Assembly: GCF_053078305.1 (NCBI RefSeq)
Contig: NZ_CP166879.1
DNA length: 64,000 nucleotides
Reading direction: 5' to 3' (one strand)
The position numbers were made by a program, and so were the translations under genes. The notes under the pieces are model-generated. The model saw only the letters and a program-made list of their open reading frames with translations, was not told the origin of the DNA and searched no databases. Of this stretch, positions 43,930 through 53,296 are shown piece by piece. Each line of letters starts with the position of its first letter. The stretch's first letter is position 1.

Positions 43930-44709
43930 AAAGCCATGTATGCAGCGACGATTGAAAGTGAACTTGATACCGAAAAGGCCTTTGAATATATCGCCGGTGC
44001 GCCGCAGGGGCAGAAGGATAATCCGCTTATTAATATTCTGGATAAGTTCTCCACCTGGTATGACACGAATATCGTGACGCTGGGCGGTGTCAAAATTCCG
44101 CACCTTTTCCCCGGTGATGATCTGAAACTTCAGACCGCGCAGGATTCAGACAATGGATTTTCGGCGCTTGAACAGGCGCTGCTGCGGTATATCGCCGCCG
44201 GTCTTGGCGTTTCCTACGAACAGTTGTCCCGTGATTACTCGAAGGTCAGTTATTCAAGTGCCCGCGCCTCCGCCAATGAGTCGTGGCGCTATTTTATGGG
44301 ACGACGAAAATTTATTGCAGCCCGGCTGGCCACGCAGATGTTTTCCTGCTGGCTGGAAGAGGCACTTCTTCGGGGGATTATCCGTCCGCCACGGGCACGT
44401 TTTGATTTTTATCAGGCGCGTTCAGCCTGGTCGCGGGCAGAGTGGATTGGCGCAGGAAGAATGGCCATTGACGGGCTCAAGGAGGTCCAGGAATCAGTGA
44501 TGCGCATTGAGGCCGGACTGAGCACGTATGAGAAAGAGCTGGCGCTGATGGGTGAGGATTATCAGGACATTTTCCGCCAGCAGGTCAGGGAATCCGCAGA
44601 GCGGGAAAAAGCCGGACTCTCACGTCCGGTGTGGATAGCGCAGGCGTATCAGCAGCAGATAGCAGAGAGCCGCAGGCCGGAAGAGGAGACAACACCACGT
44701 GAGACGTAA
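43930..44709 (+). pseudogene. B: Portal protein gpB, 3' part
   Basis: KAMYAATIESELD...LLRYIAAGLGVSYEQLSR...ARASANESWRYFMGRRKF...GAGRMAIDGLKEVQE is collinear with the recalled lambda B C-terminal half. Codons upstream of 43930 are island DNA. Confidence 0.9.
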
Positions 44710-46204
44710 TCTTTCACACATTATTGCCGCAGCATTCAATGAACCGCTGCTTCTGGAGCCCGCCTATGCGCGGGTTTTCTTTTGCGCGCTCGGGCGCGAG
44801 ATGGGGGCAGCAAGTCTTTCGTTACCACAACAGCAGGTACAGCTTGATGCTCCCGGGATGCTGGCTGAAACGGACGAGTACATGGCCGGAGGTAAACGAC
44901 CGGCCCGTGTTTACCGGGTGGTGAACGGTATTGCGGTACTGCCGGTGACCGGCACGCTGGTGCACCGGCTGGGTGGTATGCGGCCATTTTCCGGAATGAC
45001 AGGCTATGACGGCATTGTTGCCTGTCTTCAGCAGGCAATGGCGGACACCTCTGTCCGGGGCGTACTGCTGGATATTGACAGTCCGGGCGGGCAGGCCGCC
45101 GGTGCGTTTGACTGCGCTGACATGATTTACCGCCTCCGGCAGCAGAAGCCGGTCTGGGCACTGTGTAATGACACGGCCTGTTCTGCGGCCATGCTGCTGG
45201 CGTCGGCCTGCTCCCGACGGCTGGTTACCCAGACATCCCGTATCGGCTCCATTGGCGTGATGATGGGCCATGTCAGCTATGCCGGTCATCTGGCGCAGGC
45301 CGGAGTGGATATCACGCTGATTTATGCCGGGGCGCATAAGGTGGATGGCAATCAGTTTGAAGCGTTGCCGTCAGAGGTTCGCCAGGACATGCAGCAGCGG
45401 ATTGATGCGGCGCGCCGGATGTTTGCCGAAAAAGTGGCGATGTATACGGGGCTGTCTGTGGAAGCTGTCACGGGGACAGAGGCTGCCGTTTTTGAAGGTC
45501 AGTCCGGTATTGAAGCCGGGCTGGCGGATGAATTAATCAATGCGTCGGATGCCATCAGTGTGATGGCTGCGGCGTTGAACACACATGATACAGGAGGCAC
45601 TATGCCGCAATTAACTGCAACGGAAGCCGCCGCGCAGGAGAACCAGCGAGTGATGGGGATCCTGACGTGTCAGGAAGCGAAAGGACGTGAACAGCTTGCC
45701 ACGATGCTGGCAGGACAACAGGGCATGAGCGTTGAACAGGCCCGGGCGATTCTGGCCGCGGCGGCACCACAGCAGCCGGTGGCATCCGCGCAGAGTGAAG
45801 CCGATCGCATTATGGCGTGTGAAGAAGCTAAAGGTCGTGAACAACTGGCGGCAACGCTGGCGGCGATGCCGGATATGACGGTGGAAAAAGCCCGCCCGAT
45901 CCTGGCGGCTTCACCGCAGGTGGATGCCGGCCCCTCACTCCGTGATCAGATTATGGCTCTGGATGAGGCAAAAGGGGCTGAGGCGCAGGCTGAACAGCTG
46001 GCTGCCTGCCCGGGAATGACAGTGGAGAGCGCCCGGGCTGTGCTGGCTGCGGGATCAGGTAAGGCAGAACCGGTTTCTGCATCAACAACCGCCCTGTTTG
46101 AACATTTCATGGCGAACCATTCACCGGCAGCCGTGCAGGGTGGCGTGTCACAGACGTCGGCAGACGGTGATGCGGACGTGAAAATGCTCATGGCCATGCC
46201 ATGA
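44699..46204 (+). CDS. C: Head protease/scaffold gpC (S49 ClpP-like) with nested Nu3-type C-terminus
   Basis: FNEPLLLEPAYARVFF..., SPGGQAAGAFDCAD and RIGSIGVMM are collinear with recalled lambda C. The C-terminal scaffold module is triplicated. Confidence 0.9.
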   Translation: MRRNLSHIIAAAFNEPLLLEPAYARVFFCALGREMGAASLSLPQQQVQLDAPGMLAETDEYMAGGKRPARVYRVVNGIAVLPVTGTLVHRLGGMRPFSGMTGYDGIVACLQQAMADTSVRGVLLDIDSPGGQAAGAFDCADMIYRLRQQKPVWALCNDTACSAAMLLASACSRRLVTQTSRIGSIGVMMGHVSYAGHLAQAGVDITLIYAGAHKVDGNQFEALPSEVRQDMQQRIDAARRMFAEKVAMYTGLSVEAVTGTEAAVFEGQSGIEAGLADELINASDAISVMAAALNTHDTGGTMPQLTATEAAAQENQRVMGILTCQEAKGREQLATMLAGQQGMSVEQARAILAAAAPQQPVASAQSEADRIMACEEAKGREQLAATLAAMPDMTVEKARPILAASPQVDAGPSLRDQIMALDEAKGAEAQAEQLAACPGMTVESARAVLAAGSGKAEPVSASTTALFEHFMANHSPAAVQGGVSQTSADGDADVKMLMAMP

Positions 46205-46240
46205 AGTCAGTGCTGACCATCAATATGAGGTTTTTACAAT

Positions 46241-46588
46241 ATGGTAACGAAAACCATCACTGAACAACGTGCGGAAGTACGTATTTTTGCCGGTAATGAT
46301 CCGGCTCATACCGCCACAGGCAGCAGCGGGATTTCTCAGGCAACACCGGCACTGACGCCCCTGATGCTGGATGAAGCCAGCGGGAAACTGGTGGTCTGGG
46401 ACGGACAGAAAGCCGGTAATGCGGCTGGCATACTGGTACTGCCGCTTGAAGGCACAGAGACGGTGCTGACGTATTACAAGTCGGGGACCTTTGCGACGGA
46501 GGCAATCCGCTGGCCTGAAAGTGTGGATGAACACAAAAAGGCCAACGCCTTTGTCGGCACAGCCCTGAGTCACGCGGCGCTGCCGTAA
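46241..46588 (+). CDS. D: Head decoration protein gpD
   Basis: NDPAHTATG...TPLMLDEASGKLVVWDG...YYKSGTF resembles lambda D. Confidence 0.85.
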   Translation: MVTKTITEQRAEVRIFAGNDPAHTATGSSGISQATPALTPLMLDEASGKLVVWDGQKAGNAAGILVLPLEGTETVLTYYKSGTFATEAIRWPESVDEHKKANAFVGTALSHAALP

Positions 46589-46645
46589 CACGTTATCAGG
46601 CCACCGCGTTGGCCTGACTGATTTCTGAATGAAAGGAACTGATTT

Positions 46646-47674
46646 ATGGGATTGTTTACGACCCGCCAGTTACTCGGTTATACCGAACAAAAAGTGAAAT
46701 TTCGTGCGCTGTTTCTGGAGCTGTTTTTCCGCCGTACGGTGAATTTCCACACCGAAGAGGTGATGCTGGATAAAATTACCGGAAAAACGCCGGTGGCAGC
46801 CTATGTCTCCCCGGTTGTTGAAGGAAAAGTGCTGCGTCATCGTGGTGGTGAAACCCGCGTGTTGCGTCCGGGCTACGTCAAGCCGAAACACGAATTTAAT
46901 TACCAGCAGGCGGTGGAGCGCCTTCCCGGTGAAGATCCGGCGCAACTGAACGACCCGGCCTACCGTCGTCTGCGTATCATCACTGATAACCTCAAACAGG
47001 AAGAGCATGCCATTGTCCAGGTGGAGGAAATGCAGGCGGTGAATGCCGTGCTGTATGGCAAATACACCATGGAAGGGGAGCAGTTTGATACTGTCGAGGT
47101 GGATTTCGGGCGCTCTGAAGGAAATAACATTGAGCAGGCTGACGGTAAAAAATGGTCTGAGCAGGACCGTGATACGTTTGATCCGACGCATGATATTGAC
47201 CTCTACTGCGATCAGGCCAGCGGTCTTGTGAATATCGCCATTATGGACGGTACGGTCTGGCGTCTGCTGAATGGCTTTAAGTTGTTCCGCGAAAAACTGG
47301 ATGCCCGTCGCGGCTCAAATTCACAACTCGAAACAGCAGTGAAAGACCTGGGGTCGGTGGTGTCCTTCAAGGGGTATTACGGCGATCTGGCCATTGTGGT
47401 GGCGAAAACGTCTTATGTGGCAGAGGACGGTACCGAAAAACGTTATCTGCCGGAGGGCACGCTGGTCCTGGGAAATACGTCAGCGGAGGGCATCCGTTGC
47501 TATGGTGCCATTCAGGATGCGCAGGCGTTGTCCGAAGGTGTGGTGGCCTCTTCCCGTTATCCGAAACACTGGATGACCGTGGGCGATCCGGCCCGTGAAT
47601 TCACCATGACGCAGTCCGCGCCGCTGATGGTGCTGCCGGATCCGGATGAGTTTGTGGTGGTACAGGTGAAATAA
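46646..47674 (+). CDS. E: Major capsid protein gpE
   Basis: Collinear with recalled lambda E (PGYVKPKHE, VEEMQAVNAVLYGKYTM, RRGSNSQLETAVKDLG, GDPAREFTMTQSAPLM). Confidence 0.95.
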   Translation: MGLFTTRQLLGYTEQKVKFRALFLELFFRRTVNFHTEEVMLDKITGKTPVAAYVSPVVEGKVLRHRGGETRVLRPGYVKPKHEFNYQQAVERLPGEDPAQLNDPAYRRLRIITDNLKQEEHAIVQVEEMQAVNAVLYGKYTMEGEQFDTVEVDFGRSEGNNIEQADGKKWSEQDRDTFDPTHDIDLYCDQASGLVNIAIMDGTVWRLLNGFKLFREKLDARRGSNSQLETAVKDLGSVVSFKGYYGDLAIVVAKTSYVAEDGTEKRYLPEGTLVLGNTSAEGIRCYGAIQDAQALSEGVVASSRYPKHWMTVGDPAREFTMTQSAPLMVLPDPDEFVVVQVK

Positions 47675-47725
47675 TCCGGGAGCGGGGGCGAAATGCCCCC
47701 GTGTCTTTTTTCACAGGGGGCTGAG

Positions 47726-48109
47726 ATGGCAACAAAAGAAGAAAATCTGAATCGTCTTCGTCAACTGGCTGGTCTGCTGGGGCGCGAGGCGGATATGTCG
47801 GGGAGTGCTGCGGATATTGCTCTGCGTGTGTCTGAGTGGGAAGAGGAGCTTGCAGCTTCCCGGGAGGGCATTATGCACTCTGATGAGAGCGGGTCTGATC
47901 AAAATGACACAGACGATGGTGAGCAGTTGAACAACACGGATTCTCCGGATGATGTTAAAGCCGTCCGGGTACGGAAGTGCCTGCAAGTGATGGGGTATTG
48001 CCCGGAGACAGGTCGTCCCGTTGAGCTGGCGTTACGGGGTATGCGTGTTCTGGTGCCATCATCACTGGCAACGGCCATGATACAGCACGGAACGGCTGAA
48101 TATGCGTGA
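47726..48109 (+). CDS. FI: DNA-packaging protein FI
   Basis: MATKEENLNRLRQLAGLLGREADMSGS...ALRVSEWEEEL with an acidic linker, lambda FI-like. Correct position. Confidence 0.7.
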   Translation: MATKEENLNRLRQLAGLLGREADMSGSAADIALRVSEWEEELAASREGIMHSDESGSDQNDTDDGEQLNNTDSPDDVKAVRVRKCLQVMGYCPETGRPVELALRGMRVLVPSSLATAMIQHGTAEYA

Positions 48110-48455
48110 TTTTCAGAATGCCTTTGATGCTGCCCTCGCCGGGGTGGACAGTACGATCGTTGAAGTGATGGGGATCCGTGCGCAGTTCACCTCCGGTGCA
48201 CAGCGTGGCGGCGAAGTTCAGGGGGTTTTTGACGATCCGGAGTCGCTGGGTTTTGCCGGTGGCGGGGTCCGTATTGAAGGAAGCAGCCCGTCATTATTTG
48301 TGCGGACGGATACGGTGCGTGCTGTGCGGCGTGGTGACACGCTGACCATTAACGGCGAGATGTTCTGGGTGGATCGTGTTTCTCCGGATGACGGGGGCAG
48401 CTGTTATCTCTGGCTCAACCGTGGGCAACCACCCGCTGTTAACCGGCGACGATAA
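48102..48455 (+). CDS. FII: Head-tail connector FII
   Basis: ...GVFDDPESLGFAGGGVRIEGSSPSLFVRTD..RRGDTLTI...FWVDRVSPDDGGSCYLWL..PPAVNRRR is near-identical to recalled lambda FII. Confidence 0.9.
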   Translation: MRDFQNAFDAALAGVDSTIVEVMGIRAQFTSGAQRGGEVQGVFDDPESLGFAGGGVRIEGSSPSLFVRTDTVRAVRRGDTLTINGEMFWVDRVSPDDGGSCYLWLNRGQPPAVNRRR

Positions 48456-48470
48456 ACGCAGGGTGAAATT

Positions 48471-48940
48471 ATGGCGATAAAAGGGCTTGATCAGGCGATT
48501 GATAATCTGAGCCGGGTTCGTAAAAACGCCATTCCTGCTGCTTCAGCAATGGCCATTAACCGCGTGGCCACAACGGCAATAAATCAGTCTGCGTCACAGG
48601 TTGCCCGTGAGACAAAGGTACGCCGGAAACTGGTAAAGGAAAGGGCCAGGCTGAAAAGGGCCACGGTAAAAAATCCGCAGGCCAGAATCAAAGTTAACCG
48701 GGGGGATTTGCCTGTAATCAGGCTGGGTAATGCGCGGGTTGTCCTGTCCCGACGCAGGCGACGTAAAAAGGGGCAGCGTTCATCCCTGAAAGGTGGCGGC
48801 AGTGTGCTTGTGGTGGGTAACCGTCGCATTCCCGGCGCGTTTATTCAGCAACTGAAAAATGGGCGGTGGCATGTCATGCAGCGTGTGGCCGGGAAAAACC
48901 GTTACCCCATTGATGTGGTAAAAATCCCGATGGCGGTGCC
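48471..48940 (+). pseudogene. Z: Tail protein gpZ, truncated at about codon 157 by the Mu-like insertion
   Basis: MAIKGLDQAIDNLSR...YPIDVVKIPMAVP matches recalled lambda Z. The frame then reads VTR-stop in foreign DNA. Confidence 0.85.
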
Positions 48941-49115
48941 TGTAACCAGGTAAATCATTTGATACCGACAAGGGTTTTAGTGAAAGGAGGTGAAATCACC
49001 TGTAAGATACTGAAATAAAACAGGTGATCGATGATTCTGGAGGTTGTTTAGTTTTGATACTGATTAAATAAAATCCGGTATAAAATTAAGGTATCGGCAA
49101 CAAATTTGATACTGC
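48941..49115. repeat. Left-end transposase binding-site region (attL of Mu-like phage)
   Basis: TTTGATAC at 48958-65, 49053-60 and 49105-12. Related AAGATAC at 49004 and inverted GTATC at 49091. The terminal dinucleotide is TG. Confidence 0.6.
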
Positions 49116-49245
49116 ACATACTGCTTATGGACGTTTTTAAAAGTACTTAAAATGTCTTTTATGCTAAAAAGTTTATATCAATATCGATCTGGTCACAAAT
49201 CAAGTTGAAAGTGCTCGCTAAGTGCATAGCCTGGGCTTCATGGGG

Positions 49246-49764
49246 TTACGCTTTGGCTTCTTTATGGGTTAAATTGAAATGATGCTCCTTGGTTTCATCT
49301 CCCTCGAAAATCTCTCTAACCTTTTGATCTGATAAATTATTAAGGCTCAATGCTGCCAGGCGTCGAATACCTGTTAAAGCGATCAACTCTTGATTCTCTT
49401 GATTGCAGAATTCCAGCAATTTTTCTACCCCTTTCCTTCTCAAGGTGTAAATAACTAATTCTTGCTCTTCTTGGCTCAAAGTGTCGATGAGTTCGAGCAA
49501 CTCGCTATTGCCACCGTTCTTTTGAGGGGGCTGGTGTTTTATTTCTGCACTACCTGTAATGATGGAAACAACATGTGCAGGTAAGTCGCTTAAACGGTAG
49601 GCAAATGCTCTCCCTCTGATACCAGGTGTAGTTACCGAACGTTTTTCCCATCCTTCATTTTTTGCTCGTTTATGAAGCCCAGCCAGAGATGAAGGAAGAC
49701 CTCCAACCCCCAACAAGTCACTGGCAAGGATCCATTCTTGGTCAAGGATCATATCAAACTCCAT
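49246..49764 (-). CDS. Mu-type repressor
   Basis: 172 aa on the minus strand at the left end. N-terminal domain LLGVGGLPSSLAGLHKRAKNEGWEKR is shared with the transposase N-terminus, as in Mu c/A. Confidence 0.7.
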   Translation of the reverse strand: MEFDMILDQEWILASDLLGVGGLPSSLAGLHKRAKNEGWEKRSVTTPGIRGRAFAYRLSDLPAHVVSIITGSAEIKHQPPQKNGGNSELLELIDTLSQEEQELVIYTLRRKGVEKLLEFCNQENQELIALTGIRRLAALSLNNLSDQKVREIFEGDETKEHHFNLTHKEAKA

Positions 49765-49981
49765 TTGATATTAACTTTTGTTTATATCTTTTATGCGGTT
49801 TATTTCAAAAATAACTCAATAAAAAACAAATAGATACAGAGCAAATTTAAAAATTTGAAATTAACCAGTTGATATTTACTAAGTTAATATCTAACATATC
49901 AAACATACACTAGTGAGTAACTCAATAGAGTAGCACACATGAGTAATAAAGTTTGCCATAGAAAGTACACAGGGGGCCATT

Positions 49982-50227
49982 GTGAGTCTTATTGAAGATT
50001 GGTCTTCCGCCGATATAAAGGCAGCCTTAGAAAAACGCGATACCAATTTGTCACGTTTATCAAGGGAAAATAATTTGCAGCCTAGGACTTTGGGTAATGC
50101 TTTGCGAGTTCCCTACCCTAAAGGTGAAAAGATAATTGCTAGGGCTATAGGTGTAGAGCCACAGGTTATTTGGCCTACTAGATATGAACGACGTGCGCGG
50201 AGGAAATATGTGGGTTGCAATGACTGA
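49982..50227 (+). CDS. ner: Ner-like early regulator
   Basis: DWSSADIKAALEKRDTNLSRLSRENNLQPRTLGNAL...KGEKIIARAIGVEPQVIWPTRYE resembles recalled Mu Ner. Confidence 0.75.
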   Translation: MSLIEDWSSADIKAALEKRDTNLSRLSRENNLQPRTLGNALRVPYPKGEKIIARAIGVEPQVIWPTRYERRARRKYVGCND

Positions 50228-52292
50228 ATTGATTTCATTCAGTGACCTACCTAGTTCTTTGGCAGGTCTGCACAAAAAAGCAAAGAGGGAAGCGTGGAAA
50301 ACGCGGCTAAAACCAGGGGTAAAAGGGAAAGTTTTAGAGTGTGAAATAGGAGCTTTGCCTTTAACTGTTCAGCAGGCAGTACGCGAACGCCATGCCCTGC
50401 AACTGATGACGCAAAAAGCCGATGAATCACCGGCTCCGGTGGTGACAAAGGCCAGACGCTCACCTGCCGTGGTTGATGCGGTGGAGGCATATCGCGGATC
50501 ACCCCAACTGATGGTCGAACGCCTCAATGCCCTGACTGAAAATCAGCGCCAGGTGGCTGATGCACGAATCGCGATCGTCAGCGAAGTTCTGAAAGTCGCG
50601 CAACAACCTGGTTTCAGCTGTGCGAAGGCTATCCGGTTTATCGTTGACAACCTGGCACGTTCGCAGTTGGACGAGCGCATTGTGGCAATGGTTGAGACGG
50701 CGAACGCCAAAAAGGGAAACAGCCGCGCGTTAAGTGAAATCACGCTGAAACGCTGGATTGCGGCCTTTAACAAGGCGCAGAACGCCGCTGAACGCCTGCT
50801 TTTACTGGCACCGGGTAAGCGCCAGGAAATAAAAGCCGAAGATATTAACTGGCTGCCCGAATTTCTGGCGCAGTATCGCCAGTCAAACGGCCGACCAATG
50901 ACCGAGGCTTACGAGGATTTTGTCGCTGAATGGCAGCACCGGCACGCCGATGAGCCTTATATGCTCGATATCATGCCGTCTTATGACACCATTCGCCGCG
51001 CAATGAAGAAACTGCCGGAAGTGGTGAAACAAAAAGGCCGGGTGACCGGCAGTGAATACCGCCAGCTTGAGGGATTCACGCGCCGCGACTGGTCAAAAAT
51101 GCCGGTGAATTATGTCTGGATTGGTGACGGTCACGGCATGAAGCTGAAATGCGCACACCCGGTTCACGGTCGGCCATTTGCACCGGAAGTGACCTTTGTT
51201 ATCGACGGTGGCACGCGCTTTGTGGTGGGCTGGAGCCTTGACCTGGCTGAAAATGTTTTCGCCGTAGCCGGTGCCATACAGCACGGCATTCGCCATCACG
51301 GCAAACCGTTTCTGTATTACTCGGATAACGGCTCCGGGGAAACCGCCGACATCCTGGATAAGGAGGTTGTGGGGATACTGCCGCGACTGGGGATTAATCA
51401 CCCGACCGGGATTGCCGGTAATCCGCAGGGACGAGGCATTATCGAACGGCTTAACCGCACATTACCGATGCGCATAGCCCGTAAATACCGCACCTATTTC
51501 GGGAAAGGTGCAGATCGCGAGACGTTACGCAAAACCAACCGCGATTTACGCTCGGCATTTACTGCCCTGCAACAGGGCAAACGGCTGAACGCCCGGCAGC
51601 AGTCAGCGATGCGTGATTTACCGTCCTGGTCTGAACTGATTGATGCCATTCGTGACGGTGTTGAGTGGTACAACAACCGGCCGCACGATGAATTACCGGT
51701 GAAGCCGAACGGCAAGCATTACAGCCCGGCGGAGTTCAGAAAAAAACGCCTGGCGGAAGAGGACACGGAAATTGAATGGCTGTCCGATGTTGAGCTGCGG
51801 GATATGTTCCGGCCGATGGTGGAACGCCCTGTAAGACGCTGTGAAATACGCTGGCTGAATAATATTTACTACGCGCCCGAGCTGCGTGACGAGCATGGTC
51901 GTAAGGTGCTTATCAGCTATGACATTCATGATGCCGAACGAATTACCGTACGTCGCCTGGATGGCAGCGTGATTTGCGAGGCGGTATGGGACGGTAATAA
52001 ACGCGAAGCCTTCCCGGTTAGCGCGGAATACTACAAACAGCAGCAACGCCTTAAAGGCATGCGTAAACGCGCAGAGGAAAAAATCCGTGATGCCGAGGAT
52101 GAGGTTGTCAACGTGCTGGAGCACAAGCCGCAGGAGCCCTGGCTGGAAAACATATACCGCCCTGTGGGTAATACGGTGACCGTTCAGCAACCGGTCGCTG
52201 ACGATGAACCTGATGAAGAATACGAGCGTAATTTCCAGCGGGGATTGCAGTTGCTGGAAGCGAAATTAAAAGAAAATGACCCGCTGGCCTGA
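50208..52292 (+). CDS. A: MuA-like DDE transposase
   Basis: About 694 aa. N-terminal site-binding domain, then an rve core WIGDGHGMK...YYSDNGSGE...GRGIIERLN. Confidence 0.85.
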   Translation: MWVAMTELISFSDLPSSLAGLHKKAKREAWKTRLKPGVKGKVLECEIGALPLTVQQAVRERHALQLMTQKADESPAPVVTKARRSPAVVDAVEAYRGSPQLMVERLNALTENQRQVADARIAIVSEVLKVAQQPGFSCAKAIRFIVDNLARSQLDERIVAMVETANAKKGNSRALSEITLKRWIAAFNKAQNAAERLLLLAPGKRQEIKAEDINWLPEFLAQYRQSNGRPMTEAYEDFVAEWQHRHADEPYMLDIMPSYDTIRRAMKKLPEVVKQKGRVTGSEYRQLEGFTRRDWSKMPVNYVWIGDGHGMKLKCAHPVHGRPFAPEVTFVIDGGTRFVVGWSLDLAENVFAVAGAIQHGIRHHGKPFLYYSDNGSGETADILDKEVVGILPRLGINHPTGIAGNPQGRGIIERLNRTLPMRIARKYRTYFGKGADRETLRKTNRDLRSAFTALQQGKRLNARQQSAMRDLPSWSELIDAIRDGVEWYNNRPHDELPVKPNGKHYSPAEFRKKRLAEEDTEIEWLSDVELRDMFRPMVERPVRRCEIRWLNNIYYAPELRDEHGRKVLISYDIHDAERITVRRLDGSVICEAVWDGNKREAFPVSAEYYKQQQRLKGMRKRAEEKIRDAEDEVVNVLEHKPQEPWLENIYRPVGNTVTVQQPVADDEPDEEYERNFQRGLQLLEAKLKENDPLA

Positions 52293-52363
52293 AATAAAAA
52301 AATAACCCGAGCGGCGACTCAGGTTATTTGATTAAACAAGGTATCAAATGAAAGGTTAATAAT

Positions 52364-53296
52364 ATGACTGATATTAACGATGTAATCAAGACCATTGATG
52401 AACTTATTGATGGCGGCGTACTGACGCAGTATGCCATCGCCAGAGAGGCGGGAATTTCCGACGGCACATTATCGGCTTTCCGTAAGGGAAAATATAAAGG
52501 CGATAACGCTGCTGTGGCTGCTTCCCTGCGTTCCTGGTATGAGAACTGGAATAAACAAAGCGCACTGCCGGAACCGCCGCAGTTTGTGGAAACGCAGACA
52601 GTCCAGGAGCTGCGCACACTGTTTCAGGCGGTTCGTCTGATGGGCTGTATTAACGTTATTGTGGGCGTACCGGGTGTGGGTAAAACGGCCACTGCCCGTA
52701 ATTACTGCCAGGAGCAACCAAACACCTGGATGATCACCCTGTCACCCGCGCACTCCAGCGTCACGGAGTGTCTGCTGGAGCTGGCCGATGCGCTGGGGAT
52801 TGATTACACCCGCGCGAACAAAGGGGCATTATCCCGCGCCATCCGCCGTCGCCTGATGGGAACGCGTGGACTGGTGATTGTGGATGAGGCGGATCATCTT
52901 GGTATTGACGGTCTGGAGCAACTCCGGGCAATTCAGGACGCCACGGGGATCGGGATGGTGCTTATTGGTAACCCGCGCGGATTGTTTAAAGGTGGACGCC
53001 GCGCCTTTGATGATTTATCGCGCCTGTTCAGCCGTCTTGCCCGTACAAAACAACTTCGCAAGGCCAAAAAGGCGGATGTGCTGGCCATTGCCAGTGCGTG
53101 GGGGATCAGTGGTGAGGCCGAGCTGGCCGTCATGCAGGCTATCGCTGAAAAGCCGGGAGCGTTACGCGTTCTGACACATACGCTTAACCAGGCGTGGCTC
53201 ACCGCCAGCGGTGAAGGCGCGGCGCTGACAGAAAAACATATTAATGCGGCCTTTAAAGAGGTTTATACCAACCCTGAATTACTCTCACAGGTGTGA
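52364..53296 (+). CDS. B: MuB-like AAA+ transposition ATPase
   Basis: N-terminal HTH, Walker A GVPGVGKT, Walker B LVIVDEADHL. Confidence 0.85.
   Translation: MTDINDVIKTIDELIDGGVLTQYAIAREAGISDGTLSAFRKGKYKGDNAAVAASLRSWYENWNKQSALPEPPQFVETQTVQELRTLFQAVRLMGCINVIVGVPGVGKTATARNYCQEQPNTWMITLSPAHSSVTECLLELADALGIDYTRANKGALSRAIRRRLMGTRGLVIVDEADHLGIDGLEQLRAIQDATGIGMVLIGNPRGLFKGGRRAFDDLSRLFSRLARTKQLRKAKKADVLAIASAWGISGEAELAVMQAIAEKPGALRVLTHTLNQAWLTASGEGAALTEKHINAAFKEVYTNPELLSQV

Larger units (their letters stand above)
32091..43937. mobile_element. Satellite-like integrative island (P4/PICI-like core plus partial lambda-type head module) inserted in the portal gene
   Basis: Bounded by the 8-bp direct repeat AAAGCCAT. 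Carries int-alpA at the left end, a replication module, cos sites and capsid-related genes. Removing it restores the portal frame. Confidence 0.85.
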
